From Candidatus Hadarchaeota archaeon (GTDB lineage: Archaea; Hadarchaeota; Hadarchaeia; Hadarchaeales; JAGGTB01), in the NCBI GenBank assembly GCA_964510375.1, contig CAZEBR010000001.1:37207-101206 (forward strand): 64,000 nucleotides of DNA, in the 5' to 3' direction. The notes below the pieces were generated by a model. That model did not search any database. It was not told where the DNA came from and was given only the letters and a program-made list of their open reading frames with translations. Shown piece by piece: positions 9,840 through 18,486 of the stretch. Numbering within the stretch: the stretch's first letter is position 1; each line of letters starts with the position of its first letter. A program made the position numbers and the translations under genes.

Positions 9840-10685
9840 TTGAATAAAGATATGAACGAAGAAATGATGGAAAAGGCTCAGAAGGAAATGAAGGAAAGAA
9901 ACGAAAAAGTCGCCCAAAACATCGAAAGAGTCGATAATACGATAGCCGTGATGAGCGGCAAGGGAGGCGTCGGTAAGAGTACAGTTGCGGCCAATCTCGC
10001 CACCGAGTTGGCGGTGCAGGGTTACGACGTGGGTCTCATGGACTGCGACATGCACGGGCCGAGCATTCCGAAAATCGTGGGGATCGATTACGATCAGAGG
10101 CCGGAGGGGACCGATTCAAATATGAATCCCGTATCCACGGACGTGGGGCTGAAAGTAATTTCTATGGGGTCCTTATTGCCAGAGAGCGACTCCCCGGTCG
10201 TCTGGAGGGGCCCACTGAAGATGAGGGCTATACAGCAGTTTTTAGGCGATGTTAAGTGGGGTGATCTGGATTACTTGATCTTTGACCTGCCTCCAGGAAC
10301 GGGCGACGAACCCCTGAGCATAGCACAGCTTTTGCCTGATCCGGATGGCGCTGTCATAGTCACGACACCTCAGGAGGTGGCTCTTCAGACGATAAGAAGG
10401 GCGGTAAACTTTGCCAAAAAGGTCGATTTGCCGGTTTTGGGGATAATAGAGAATATGAGCGGTTTTGTTTGTCCCCATTGTGGTGAAAAATCCGATATAT
10501 TTAGCTCGGGTGGTGGCAAGGATCTCTCAGAAGAATTGAACATCCCGTTCCTTGGTAGCATTCCCCTTGATCAGGAAATAGTCGAAAGTGGAGAAGAGGG
10601 AAGACCAATAGTTCTGAAGGAAGGGTCCGATGCTGCGAAGGCCTTCAAGGATATTGTTTCCGACATAAAGAAGGCGTTGAGCTGA
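9840..10685 (+). CDS. Mrp/NBP35/ApbC family Fe-S cluster carrier ATPase
   Basis: Deviant Walker A VMSGKGGVGKST; conserved CPHCG cluster-binding motif; 281 aa. Confidence 0.85.
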   Translation: MNKDMNEEMMEKAQKEMKERNEKVAQNIERVDNTIAVMSGKGGVGKSTVAANLATELAVQGYDVGLMDCDMHGPSIPKIVGIDYDQRPEGTDSNMNPVSTDVGLKVISMGSLLPESDSPVVWRGPLKMRAIQQFLGDVKWGDLDYLIFDLPPGTGDEPLSIAQLLPDPDGAVIVTTPQEVALQTIRRAVNFAKKVDLPVLGIIENMSGFVCPHCGEKSDIFSSGGGKDLSEELNIPFLGSIPLDQEIVESGEEGRPIVLKEGSDAAKAFKDIVSDIKKALS

Positions 10686-10810
10686 GATTATTAATCCCTC
10701 GTCCAGCAGCATGCCGGTTGATTCGGTCTCAGAATTTTGACACTATTTACTCAGGGGGACATGAGGAAATTTTGAAATAGTTAGCCGGTAGAAAATTGAT
10801 TGCGACTGGT

Positions 10811-11653
10811 CTAAATTGAGTCCGTCCGCTTTATGATTGCGCTACCTTCTTTCGCCCCGACTCGTCGGCTTACGTGGGGACATTTGACCATGAAAAGGAA
10901 AAAGATGTTCGCTTCGACTTCACTGAAAGCTTCGTAGTTTGCCTGCCCCTTGCTGACGACCACATCGGCGTTACTCAGCCTCGATTTGAACTCTTCCGAG
11001 ATTTTATTGAGCCCGATGTTCTCCTCCATCTCTTCGATTTCGGCTACCTTATCTATTCCCGCGAATTCGGCTTCAGGCCTCATGGCATCGTTCAGCATCG
11101 GAAAACCACGAACAAAGCACCTAACATTTTTTTCTGGCAGTTCTTCCAATAGGAGCCGGTCGAATACTATCTCTCCAGCGTTATCCAAAAGGTATACTAT
11201 ATTATCGGCTTCGCCTATTTCTTTCTTGAACTCTTTAAAATGGTCTATTTCGAAATTCCCGTTCAGATTATTTTCGATAGTTTTCTCTATGTCGAAGTCT
11301 CTGTCGGGGCCGAAATCTATGATGTTTCCGGCAATTGCTATTTTGGTGGCGGTAAGCATCCTATCTTCGGACTCTTCGATTTTTTCTTTCATGCTCGGAT
11401 ACAGGTTCATGGCTTTCTCGTTTGACTCCCTTTTCAGCTTGCGGTAGGGGTCCTGGGTGCTTGTTACCTCCCTTACGATTTTCAGTACCCTGTAAGAAAT
11501 CGAGAGGGGGATTCCATCCAAGCTGATTCTTCCGAGTTCTTTTGCTACTTCTTTTATGGCCTTTCTCTGCAGGGTTTCATCGTCCGTGGCCAGTTTGCTG
11601 GCCTCCAATGCACTTTTCATTATGCACGGTATACAGTCTGGACAAGCTTTCAA
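10811..11653 (-). CDS. DUF89 (ARMT1-like damage-control phosphatase) family protein
   Basis: 280 aa; N-terminal C-x-D-C-x-x-C, DNAGE and KGQANYE motifs typical of archaeal DUF89 proteins. Confidence 0.55.
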   Translation of the reverse strand: MKACPDCIPCIMKSALEASKLATDDETLQRKAIKEVAKELGRISLDGIPLSISYRVLKIVREVTSTQDPYRKLKRESNEKAMNLYPSMKEKIEESEDRMLTATKIAIAGNIIDFGPDRDFDIEKTIENNLNGNFEIDHFKEFKKEIGEADNIVYLLDNAGEIVFDRLLLEELPEKNVRCFVRGFPMLNDAMRPEAEFAGIDKVAEIEEMEENIGLNKISEEFKSRLSNADVVVSKGQANYEAFSEVEANIFFLFMVKCPHVSRRVGAKEGSAIIKRTDSI

Positions 11654-11822
11654 TTATTTCACCTACGAATGTGATGATTGAGGTTGTCTCGGTCTCGAGA
11701 TAAATCTTACCCTCGTTTCAGACTTGAATGACTTGACGGGACCTAATGGCTCCCTTCGGTTCCTTTCGCTCGGATTCGTTCCACTGTCTCGGCTATAAAG
11801 TTTTTCAGGATTTAAGGATCGT

Positions 11823-12167
11823 TCAATGTTTTCCATTCCCGGGTTCGCAAAGGTTTTCACCTGAGTCTATATCCCCTTCCAGGAACTGTTCGATCACATT
11901 TTCGACCTCACCGTTCACTCCGCTGATTACTTTTATGCCCAAATCGTCGAATATGTTAATGGCTTTTCTCCCGATACCGCCGGTGATTATACAGTCCACG
12001 TTATTCTCGCTCATGAATTGGGGGATGTATCCCGGTTTGTGTCCGGGATTTTCGACTACATCCTTACTTTTCACCTTATTTCCCTCGATTTCTACGAAGG
12101 TGAATTCGGGACATCTACCGAAATGAGTTGCTACCATTCCAGAGTCTGTCGGTATGCCAACTTTCAT
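11823..12167 (-). CDS. Dinitrogenase FeMo-cofactor-binding domain protein (NifX-like, second paralogue)
   Basis: MKVGIPTDSGMVATHFGRCPEFTFVEI...NPGHKPG...NVDCIITGGIGRKA...GIKVI family pattern. Confidence 0.7.
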   Translation of the reverse strand: MKVGIPTDSGMVATHFGRCPEFTFVEIEGNKVKSKDVVENPGHKPGYIPQFMSENNVDCIITGGIGRKAINIFDDLGIKVISGVNGEVENVIEQFLEGDIDSGENLCEPGNGKH

Positions 12168-12315
12168 CCGTTTTCACCTCCTAGAACCTGTCCGTTTTTT
12201 TAAATTTATATTCATAAAACTCCTTTCCCGGTCAAGCCTAAAAATCCGTACTTTAAAAATGTCCCCCTGTGTTCTAGAAACTCTTTGAGTTCACGTTACC
12301 GGTTTATTGTCGGCT

Positions 12316-13161
12316 CTATACCAACGAGCCTATAAGAAAGGCGATAAGGCCCGATCCCATCCCTATCTTGTAAACGAGCGAGGCTCTTTTTGCAGCCAGT
12401 TTTTCCTGACTTTTTGCAATGATTGCTATTCCTGTGAGGAAGGATAAAATCGGGACCGTTACGACGTAGAGGTACAGTCTTCCAAATATGTTCCACAGGT
12501 AAGGTAGTGGGGTCAGAATAATCGCTATAACGGTGAACGTGATAGCCAGCCCTGCTGCTTTTTTTCTGCCGTGTTCAAGAGGGAAGGACTTTGATCCGGA
12601 TTTTTTGTCCCCCTCGATGTCCTCGATATCCTTTATCAGTTCTCTACCTGCGGTCGAGAATGCGGCCATGGCGGCCATGATGCCGGCTGTTTGGAATCTA
12701 CCCACCGCAAGGCTTCCGAACAAGAAAGTAGATCCCACCAGGAAACTTATTGCAACATTTCCGACCAATCCCCTCTTCTTCAAGCTCCGAGCGTAATAAT
12801 AAAGCAAAATCGAGTTGGCGGAGGCGAGTATCAGACATGATAATCTCCACGTGAGAGCGGAGTAGACGATTCCGACCGCGAAGAGTATCCTGCTTATCGT
12901 GAGGGCGTCCGATGGACTAATTCTTCCTGATGGTATGGGCCTATCCGGATTGTTCACGGAGTCGAGTTCCCTGTCTGCGTAATCATTTACCGAGTTCCCA
13001 GCCCCTGCGATAAAGGCCGCGGCCACGAAGGCGAAGATGATTTCGAATGAGGGTATTCCTCCGGCCCCGATAATTCCGCCTATGAGAACCCCTATTCCCG
13101 CCAGAACGCAGTTATGCGGCCTTATTAGTTCCAGTGCTGCCTTTCCATTCATGTTGATCAC
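12316..13161 (-). CDS. UbiA-family prenyltransferase, likely digeranylgeranylglyceryl phosphate (DGGGP) synthase
   Basis: 281 aa, ~8 TM; Asp-rich motif GNSVNDYADRELDSVNNPDRPIP; size and pattern fit archaeal DGGGP synthase. Confidence 0.6.
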   Translation of the reverse strand: MINMNGKAALELIRPHNCVLAGIGVLIGGIIGAGGIPSFEIIFAFVAAAFIAGAGNSVNDYADRELDSVNNPDRPIPSGRISPSDALTISRILFAVGIVYSALTWRLSCLILASANSILLYYYARSLKKRGLVGNVAISFLVGSTFLFGSLAVGRFQTAGIMAAMAAFSTAGRELIKDIEDIEGDKKSGSKSFPLEHGRKKAAGLAITFTVIAIILTPLPYLWNIFGRLYLYVVTVPILSFLTGIAIIAKSQEKLAAKRASLVYKIGMGSGLIAFLIGSLV

Positions 13162-13305
13162 ATCGAACTCGGGTGTTAGAGTTCAGGATACCTAGATTTC
13201 CTTTCCCGTTCGTCGTCCAGCCTTTTTAGGTATGCCCCGCGCTGTTTGTGTTCCATTGATTCGAAAGATTTTTTATTTTAATGCTCCAACGTATTACCGG
13301 TATTT

Positions 13306-14145
13306 ATGGCAGGCGAAATCCTAGAGCACAAATCGAAAAAGGATTCTACCGTCAAATGGTTCGTTATCGGTTTGATTCCCATACTGAATTTGTATCTTCT
13401 GTGGAAATCTGCCGAAAACATCGCGGGTCACGAGGTAATAATAAAAAAGTACGAGTCGCTAAATCACATGCTACCTAAAGATGATACGCTGAAATGGTTC
13501 GCCATATTTTTTATACCCGTTATTCTCGGTACTCTAATGATTCCGTTGTTGGTATTATACTATCTTCTTGGAATGTCAGTAGCGGGAGCGTGGTTTTTTA
13601 TTACTATAATTCCGGTCTTTGCAGTAGTGACGATAGGAGTCGGGCTGTACATGCTCTATAAGCAGGCCATAGTGGTATCCGGCCACGAGAAGGTATACGA
13701 AACTCACGAAAAAATAGAACACATGAAAAAGAAAGAGTCGACCGGCAAATGGATGGTCTTTGGCATGATCCCGCCTCTAAGTTTTTACTTTCTATGGAAA
13801 CTGGCGGAAGTTATTGCCGGTCACGAGGTCACCTACGGCTCCGAGGAGGAACTTGAAGGTTCTTCCGGTCACGAACATGGACGGGCGGAGGAGGGTGAAA
13901 GACCTTACTGCCCCGAATGTGGAAATGAAATAAGTATGGGTTCCAGGTTCTGTACCGAGTGTGGTGCCGAAATTGGGGAAGAGGCCGAAGTACACGAGAG
14001 TGAAACTGTTGAGGAAGAAGAACACGAGCATGAAACTGTCGAGGAAGAAGAGATCAGGGAATGTCCCGTATGTGGTGCAGAAACCCCTGGTGACGCCAAA
14101 TATTGCCCGACCTGTGGACTAGAACTCGAAGAGGAAGAGGAGTAA
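13306..14145 (+). CDS. Membrane protein with three internal repeats and two C-terminal zinc-ribbon motifs
   Basis: Repeat unit (K/T)KW(F/M)V.G(L/M)IP.L..Y.LWK.AE.IAGHEV occurs three times; CPECGN..CTECGAEI and CPVCGAE..CPTCGLEL zinc ribbons; acidic EEEEHEHET linker. Confidence 0.5.
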   Translation: MAGEILEHKSKKDSTVKWFVIGLIPILNLYLLWKSAENIAGHEVIIKKYESLNHMLPKDDTLKWFAIFFIPVILGTLMIPLLVLYYLLGMSVAGAWFFITIIPVFAVVTIGVGLYMLYKQAIVVSGHEKVYETHEKIEHMKKKESTGKWMVFGMIPPLSFYFLWKLAEVIAGHEVTYGSEEELEGSSGHEHGRAEEGERPYCPECGNEISMGSRFCTECGAEIGEEAEVHESETVEEEEHEHETVEEEEIRECPVCGAETPGDAKYCPTCGLELEEEEE

Positions 14146-14283
14146 CTAGCGGTAGGATTTCTTTTGACAGTTCCAAATTTTTTCTTTTTTAATTTATTTT
14201 TCAATAGCCGTGTGAGTTTACTTTCACTGACCCCTCCCCGCTCTCCTTTAAAAACCTTTTAATCTTTTAAAGATGGAGGTTGC

Positions 14284-14532
14284 TTGATGCTGTCTTTGAC
14301 GTCCGAAACTGTCTCCTTGAACGACCGAAAGGACTTGGAATACAAGCTCGGCGAAATAGCGGAAAAGATCGAGGATCAAGGGAGAAAAAGACGCGTTCTG
14401 GCCGATATATTGAGAAAGGCCAAGGAAGATTTTAGGCTCCCAATGGACGATGAAGAGAAAAGCATAGTCGAGTCCGACTTGGTTTATAACGTCGAGAACT
14501 TACGGTCGCCGGCGTGGATGGCGGAGTCCTGA
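14284..14532 (+). CDS. Small hypothetical ORF overlapping start of NurA-like gene (possibly its frameshifted N-terminal segment)
   Basis: 82 aa helical ORF ending 19 nt inside the next gene in a different frame. Confidence 0.25.
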   Translation: MMLSLTSETVSLNDRKDLEYKLGEIAEKIEDQGRKRRVLADILRKAKEDFRLPMDDEEKSIVESDLVYNVENLRSPAWMAES

Positions 14533-15446
14533 GCAAACCTCTCCACGGGTTGGACCTGATTTTGGTCAGGGCCGTGGTCGCAATTTTTGATTATCGAGAC
14601 GGTCGCTTGGAAAACACCCATTACCACCCAAACGAAATGCCCGTCCCCGAACTCATCAACATACACGAACCCCTCGACACTAGGGAGTTGGAGGTACTGG
14701 TGGGAATGAAGAGACAACTCACGGAACTCGAGAGGGCTAAGGAGGTGGCGGCGGATGGAGGGATAGACGCCCTGATGTTGGACGGGTCAGTCGTACCGCA
14801 GTACTCCAGCCACGTTTCCGATGAGAGGACCCGCGAGCTCTACCGAAAGCTAATCGATTCTTTTACCGAGGTTTACCGTACCTGTGAAGAAAGGGACGTT
14901 CTGCTGATGGGTGCGATTAAGGATTCTAGGAGCACGCGGTTGGTGAACGTGTTCCGAAACAAGGTTCTTCCCGAATTTATGGAAGGAACGGACCTGCCTT
15001 ACCCCGATGTTTCCTCGGTGGATGAGACAAGAAACGTTCTTCAAAGCTCCCGTGACACCGCCTTTCTGGATTACCTGCTGGAAGCCGGCGAGAGGACGTT
15101 TACCTTCAAGTACGCGCAGGCTCCGGCGAACCTCTTGGAGGACCTCGGCGACTGGAGAAAGAGTATACACGCTTTTTACGTCAAGCCCGCACCCTACGAC
15201 AGGCCGGTCAGGGTCGAATTCGTGAGTGGTCTGGATGAGGTGGTCGAAAGGGTCGATAAGATCGCATCGCTAGTAAATACCCTCTCCTCCGGCCACGAAG
15301 CATGTGCCTTGCCTTCCGTACTAATCGAGGCCGATGCGAGGGCCCGGCTGGCCGAAGAGGAGATCGGCATGCTTCGGGATAACATAGCGGATAGACTTGA
15401 GCCTTCCACTATGATGGATTTGAGAAGGGAAAGGAGGCCTTTTTAA
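14514..15446 (+). CDS. nurA: NurA-like 5'-3' nuclease
   Basis: LMLDGSVVP Asp motif, AIKDSRSTRL (GxxKxS-like) motif, FYVKPA block; immediately upstream of and translationally coupled to HerA (stop TAA overlaps ATG at 15447). Confidence 0.5.
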   Translation: MDGGVLSKPLHGLDLILVRAVVAIFDYRDGRLENTHYHPNEMPVPELINIHEPLDTRELEVLVGMKRQLTELERAKEVAADGGIDALMLDGSVVPQYSSHVSDERTRELYRKLIDSFTEVYRTCEERDVLLMGAIKDSRSTRLVNVFRNKVLPEFMEGTDLPYPDVSSVDETRNVLQSSRDTAFLDYLLEAGERTFTFKYAQAPANLLEDLGDWRKSIHAFYVKPAPYDRPVRVEFVSGLDEVVERVDKIASLVNTLSSGHEACALPSVLIEADARARLAEEEIGMLRDNIADRLEPSTMMDLRRERRPF

Positions 15447-16991
15447 ATGGGACCCGAAGTCGGAACCGTGATATGCACCTCGGACGGTCCGTCCGCGGGC
15501 GATTTTTCCTTCGTCGTGACGGACAGCGGCGGCGAAGCCCCCATCCGGAGGGGTCAGTTCGTCGAACTCAGGGGATCCGAGGGAAAAGTCGTAGCACAGG
15601 TTCAGAATATACGTAAGACAAACCGTTACTTCATGCGTCCCGAGTCTGTCAAGGAGTACGAGACCGGAAAAGAATCCGTAAGCACGATTTTTCCGGCAGA
15701 TCGTTGGGAGTACGTCGTCGCGGAGGCCAAGAACTCGGGGGTACAGACCGATGAGGGACTCGAACAGGTCACATATCCCGTCTCACCGGGGGACAAGGTG
15801 TATGAAGCCGGACCCGACACGCTTTCCGGATTTCTAGGGATAGATGAGACCGGAGGCGTGAAGCTCGGACACGTCAAGCATCACGATTTACCCGCCCAAC
15901 TCAACCTCACGAAGCTATTGAGAAAGCATGTTGCCATCCTTGCGATGAGCGGCGCCGGAAAAAGCTACACCGCGACGGTTCTCTTGGAGGAACTCATGGA
16001 TCGTGATCCTGACGAGGGGCGAGTTGCGTCAGTCGTCGTAGACGTTCATGGAGAGTACACCTCTCTGGCGAAGTCGAACGGCGGTGGCGCGGATTACTCG
16101 GATAGGGCTTACATAGTCAGGGGGGAGAACGTCGAGATTGGCGTTCCAAACATGCACGCCTACAGGTTCAGGGAGTTTGTTCCTGACATGTCCGGTAGCC
16201 AAGTCAGGGAACTGGACAGGGTCCTGAAGGAACTGAGATCGGAGATGAGGTCAGGCCGGGGCGAGTATGATCTGGACGACGTGATCGCCAAGGTGGAGGA
16301 GAACGGAAAGTCCCACAAGCAGCTCAAGAGGGCTCTCCTCGATAGGCTCTACGATCTCAGATCATTGGACGTGTTCGGCAAGAGCGACTATCCCGACTGG
16401 AGGGCGCTGGTGGAGCCGGGAAAGACCGCAATTCTCGATCTCAGCAGGGTCTTCGATCAACGGAAAAAGAGGGTCATCTTTACCTACTTCGCTAGGAGAC
16501 TATTCAACAAGAGGAAGTCGGGCCAGGCTCCCCCCTTCGCTCTACTCTTGGAGGAGGCACACCAGTTCGCTCCATCCCAGATCTCTGCGATCTCCAGCTC
16601 CGTTCTGAAGAAGATAGCGAGGGAGGGACGGAAGTTCTATGCTTCACTCATCCTGGTAAGCCAGAGGCCCGTCAGGCTTTCCACGACGGTTCTCTCTCAG
16701 GCGAACACGAACATCCTACTCAGGGTCACGAACCCTCACGATCTGGACCATATCAAAAAGTCATCCGAGCGCATCACCAAGGACACGGCTAGCATGATAT
16801 CCTCGCTTCCGGTCGGACAGGCGCTAGTCGTTGGAGAGGCGGTAAACCATCCAATATTCGTGGACGTCAGGGAGAGGAGGTCGAAGGAACCGGATCACGG
16901 TACGAGCTTGGAGGAGGTGGCCCAGAAATATGAAGAAGAGCATGAAAAGAGCCCTGATCAGGGCCAGGAAGGAATTAAGGCCTTCGTTTAA
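15447..16991 (+). CDS. herA: HerA-family (DUF87) hexameric ATPase/helicase
   Basis: 514 aa; N-terminal HAS-barrel-like region; Walker A AILAMSGAGKSYTA; Walker B ALLLEEAHQFAP; typical HerA size. Confidence 0.75.
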   Translation: MGPEVGTVICTSDGPSAGDFSFVVTDSGGEAPIRRGQFVELRGSEGKVVAQVQNIRKTNRYFMRPESVKEYETGKESVSTIFPADRWEYVVAEAKNSGVQTDEGLEQVTYPVSPGDKVYEAGPDTLSGFLGIDETGGVKLGHVKHHDLPAQLNLTKLLRKHVAILAMSGAGKSYTATVLLEELMDRDPDEGRVASVVVDVHGEYTSLAKSNGGGADYSDRAYIVRGENVEIGVPNMHAYRFREFVPDMSGSQVRELDRVLKELRSEMRSGRGEYDLDDVIAKVEENGKSHKQLKRALLDRLYDLRSLDVFGKSDYPDWRALVEPGKTAILDLSRVFDQRKKRVIFTYFARRLFNKRKSGQAPPFALLLEEAHQFAPSQISAISSSVLKKIAREGRKFYASLILVSQRPVRLSTTVLSQANTNILLRVTNPHDLDHIKKSSERITKDTASMISSLPVGQALVVGEAVNHPIFVDVRERRSKEPDHGTSLEEVAQKYEEEHEKSPDQGQEGIKAFV

Positions 16992-17203
16992 TATGCTTAG
17001 AGATATATCCTAATCCTGAGCAGGTTTAAGGATTATAAAAATCATTTATTTTTCCTATAACTGGTTCGTGGTCAATCTAATTCCGATAGGCGGTATCAAG
17101 TTATTTGGATTGGGTTTGATTTATTGGTTGGTTCGCATTGCGGAGGAAGCCATGGACTCCAGTATAGATGACCTTTTTGCCTTTGAGGATGAAGAAGAGT
17201 GAT

Positions 17204-18475
17204 CTAATCAGTCCTTTCAAGTTTGAGAAGACAGGAGAGAGCTTCTTCCATGTCTTTGACTATGATGGCTTCTTTTTCCAGAGAAGAAAAGATTTCTTTT
17301 GCCTCACCGTCTGTGAAATCCTTTTCGTCTATGGGAGTGTTTTTGATAACTAAGGTGGGTTTGTGTTTTGCTATCTCCTCTGCCAGCTTCAGATTTTTTA
17401 AATTTCCTCTGCCGAAGGGCATCTCCGTGAGTACTACCGCATCCGACTTTTCGGCAAGTTCTCTGTTTTTTCGATTTTTGTTTTCCGGTATCGCCGCGAA
17501 CGGGGAACATTCAACCGTCTCGATTCCTAGTCGACGGGCTTCCGTGTAGTCGTCGTCCATGGGGGAGAGTACTCCAGCTGAAACTGTGAAACCCTTTCTC
17601 TTAAGAGAGTGCATCAATGAACTTCCGGTGCCGCCCCCGCATATAAAATGTACTCTGAAATCCTTTTTCGCTCCGGTTTTCGTGTCCGTCGCCCTAGAAA
17701 CCGGAGTTACGTAAAGGGAATTTGTTTCTGGGACCCTTCTTATTGATACTTCAGCTCCATAGACTTCTTTGATGTTCTCTTCGGTCAGGACTTCTGGGGG
17801 GTCGCCCTTGGCATATATTTTCCCGTCTTTGAGCAGAATTAGAAAATCACAGTATCTTCCTGCCGTGTTCAGGTCATGGAAGGTAGTTATGGTGCATTTA
17901 TCCTGTTCCTTTGTCAGATTTTTCAATAGGTCCAGGATCACCATTTGATTGCTGACGTCGAGGTGGTTCGTGGGTTCGTCAAGAAGGATTACCGACGGCT
18001 CCTGAGCAAGTGCCTTGGCGATTATGACCCTCTGCTTTTCCCCGCCCGATAGTTCGTTGAAGTCGCGCGAATGGAGCCGCCAGGTGTCGGTTATTTCCAT
18101 GGCCCTCTTTACTACGGACATGTCTTCCTCCCCTTCGTCTTCCAACGGACCGAGATGAGGCGTTCGACCTAAAGTAACCATTTCGAGTGCGGTAAAAGAG
18201 TAGTTGGAGTCGAATTCCTGAGGTACTGTGGCCATGTCCCGGGCGATTTCCTTCTGTTTTGCCCTGCCGATATCTTTTCCGTTTAAGTAGACGGCTCCTT
18301 TCATCGGATTTAGGATTTGGTTTATCGTTTTTAGAAGGGTAGTTTTTCCGGAGGCATTTGGACCTATTATACCGACAAAATCTCCCTTCTCGACGGAAAA
18401 ATCCGCTCCGCGGAGCACTTCGGTGTCCCCGTATCCAGAGGTCAGATTTTCGACTGACAGTCTATCTTCGGACAC
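17204..18475 (-). CDS. ABC transporter ATP-binding protein (FepC/BtuD-like) fused to ~170-aa C-terminal domain of unknown function
   Basis: Walker A GPNASGKTT, signature LSGGEKQR, Walker B ILLDEPTNHLD; C-terminal extension with Gly-rich loop VHFICGGGTGSS not found in canonical FepC/BtuD. Confidence 0.75.
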   Translation of the reverse strand: MSEDRLSVENLTSGYGDTEVLRGADFSVEKGDFVGIIGPNASGKTTLLKTINQILNPMKGAVYLNGKDIGRAKQKEIARDMATVPQEFDSNYSFTALEMVTLGRTPHLGPLEDEGEEDMSVVKRAMEITDTWRLHSRDFNELSGGEKQRVIIAKALAQEPSVILLDEPTNHLDVSNQMVILDLLKNLTKEQDKCTITTFHDLNTAGRYCDFLILLKDGKIYAKGDPPEVLTEENIKEVYGAEVSIRRVPETNSLYVTPVSRATDTKTGAKKDFRVHFICGGGTGSSLMHSLKRKGFTVSAGVLSPMDDDYTEARRLGIETVECSPFAAIPENKNRKNRELAEKSDAVVLTEMPFGRGNLKNLKLAEEIAKHKPTLVIKNTPIDEKDFTDGEAKEIFSSLEKEAIIVKDMEEALSCLLKLERTD

Positions 18476-18486
18476 TCATATCACCG

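Noticed and set aside
11669-11740. GUGAUGA (C-box-like) and UGAAUGA motifs in the 11654-11822 intergenic region considered as a C/D box sRNA
   Set aside because: No properly spaced D'/D boxes (CUGA) and no terminal stem; same for AUGAUGA at 42432-42438. Insufficient to call an sRNA.
17152-17202. Tiny ORF MDSSIDDLFAFEDEEE downstream of the ABC ATPase gene
   Set aside because: 16 codons, no RBS, inside a 3' intergenic region; no support.
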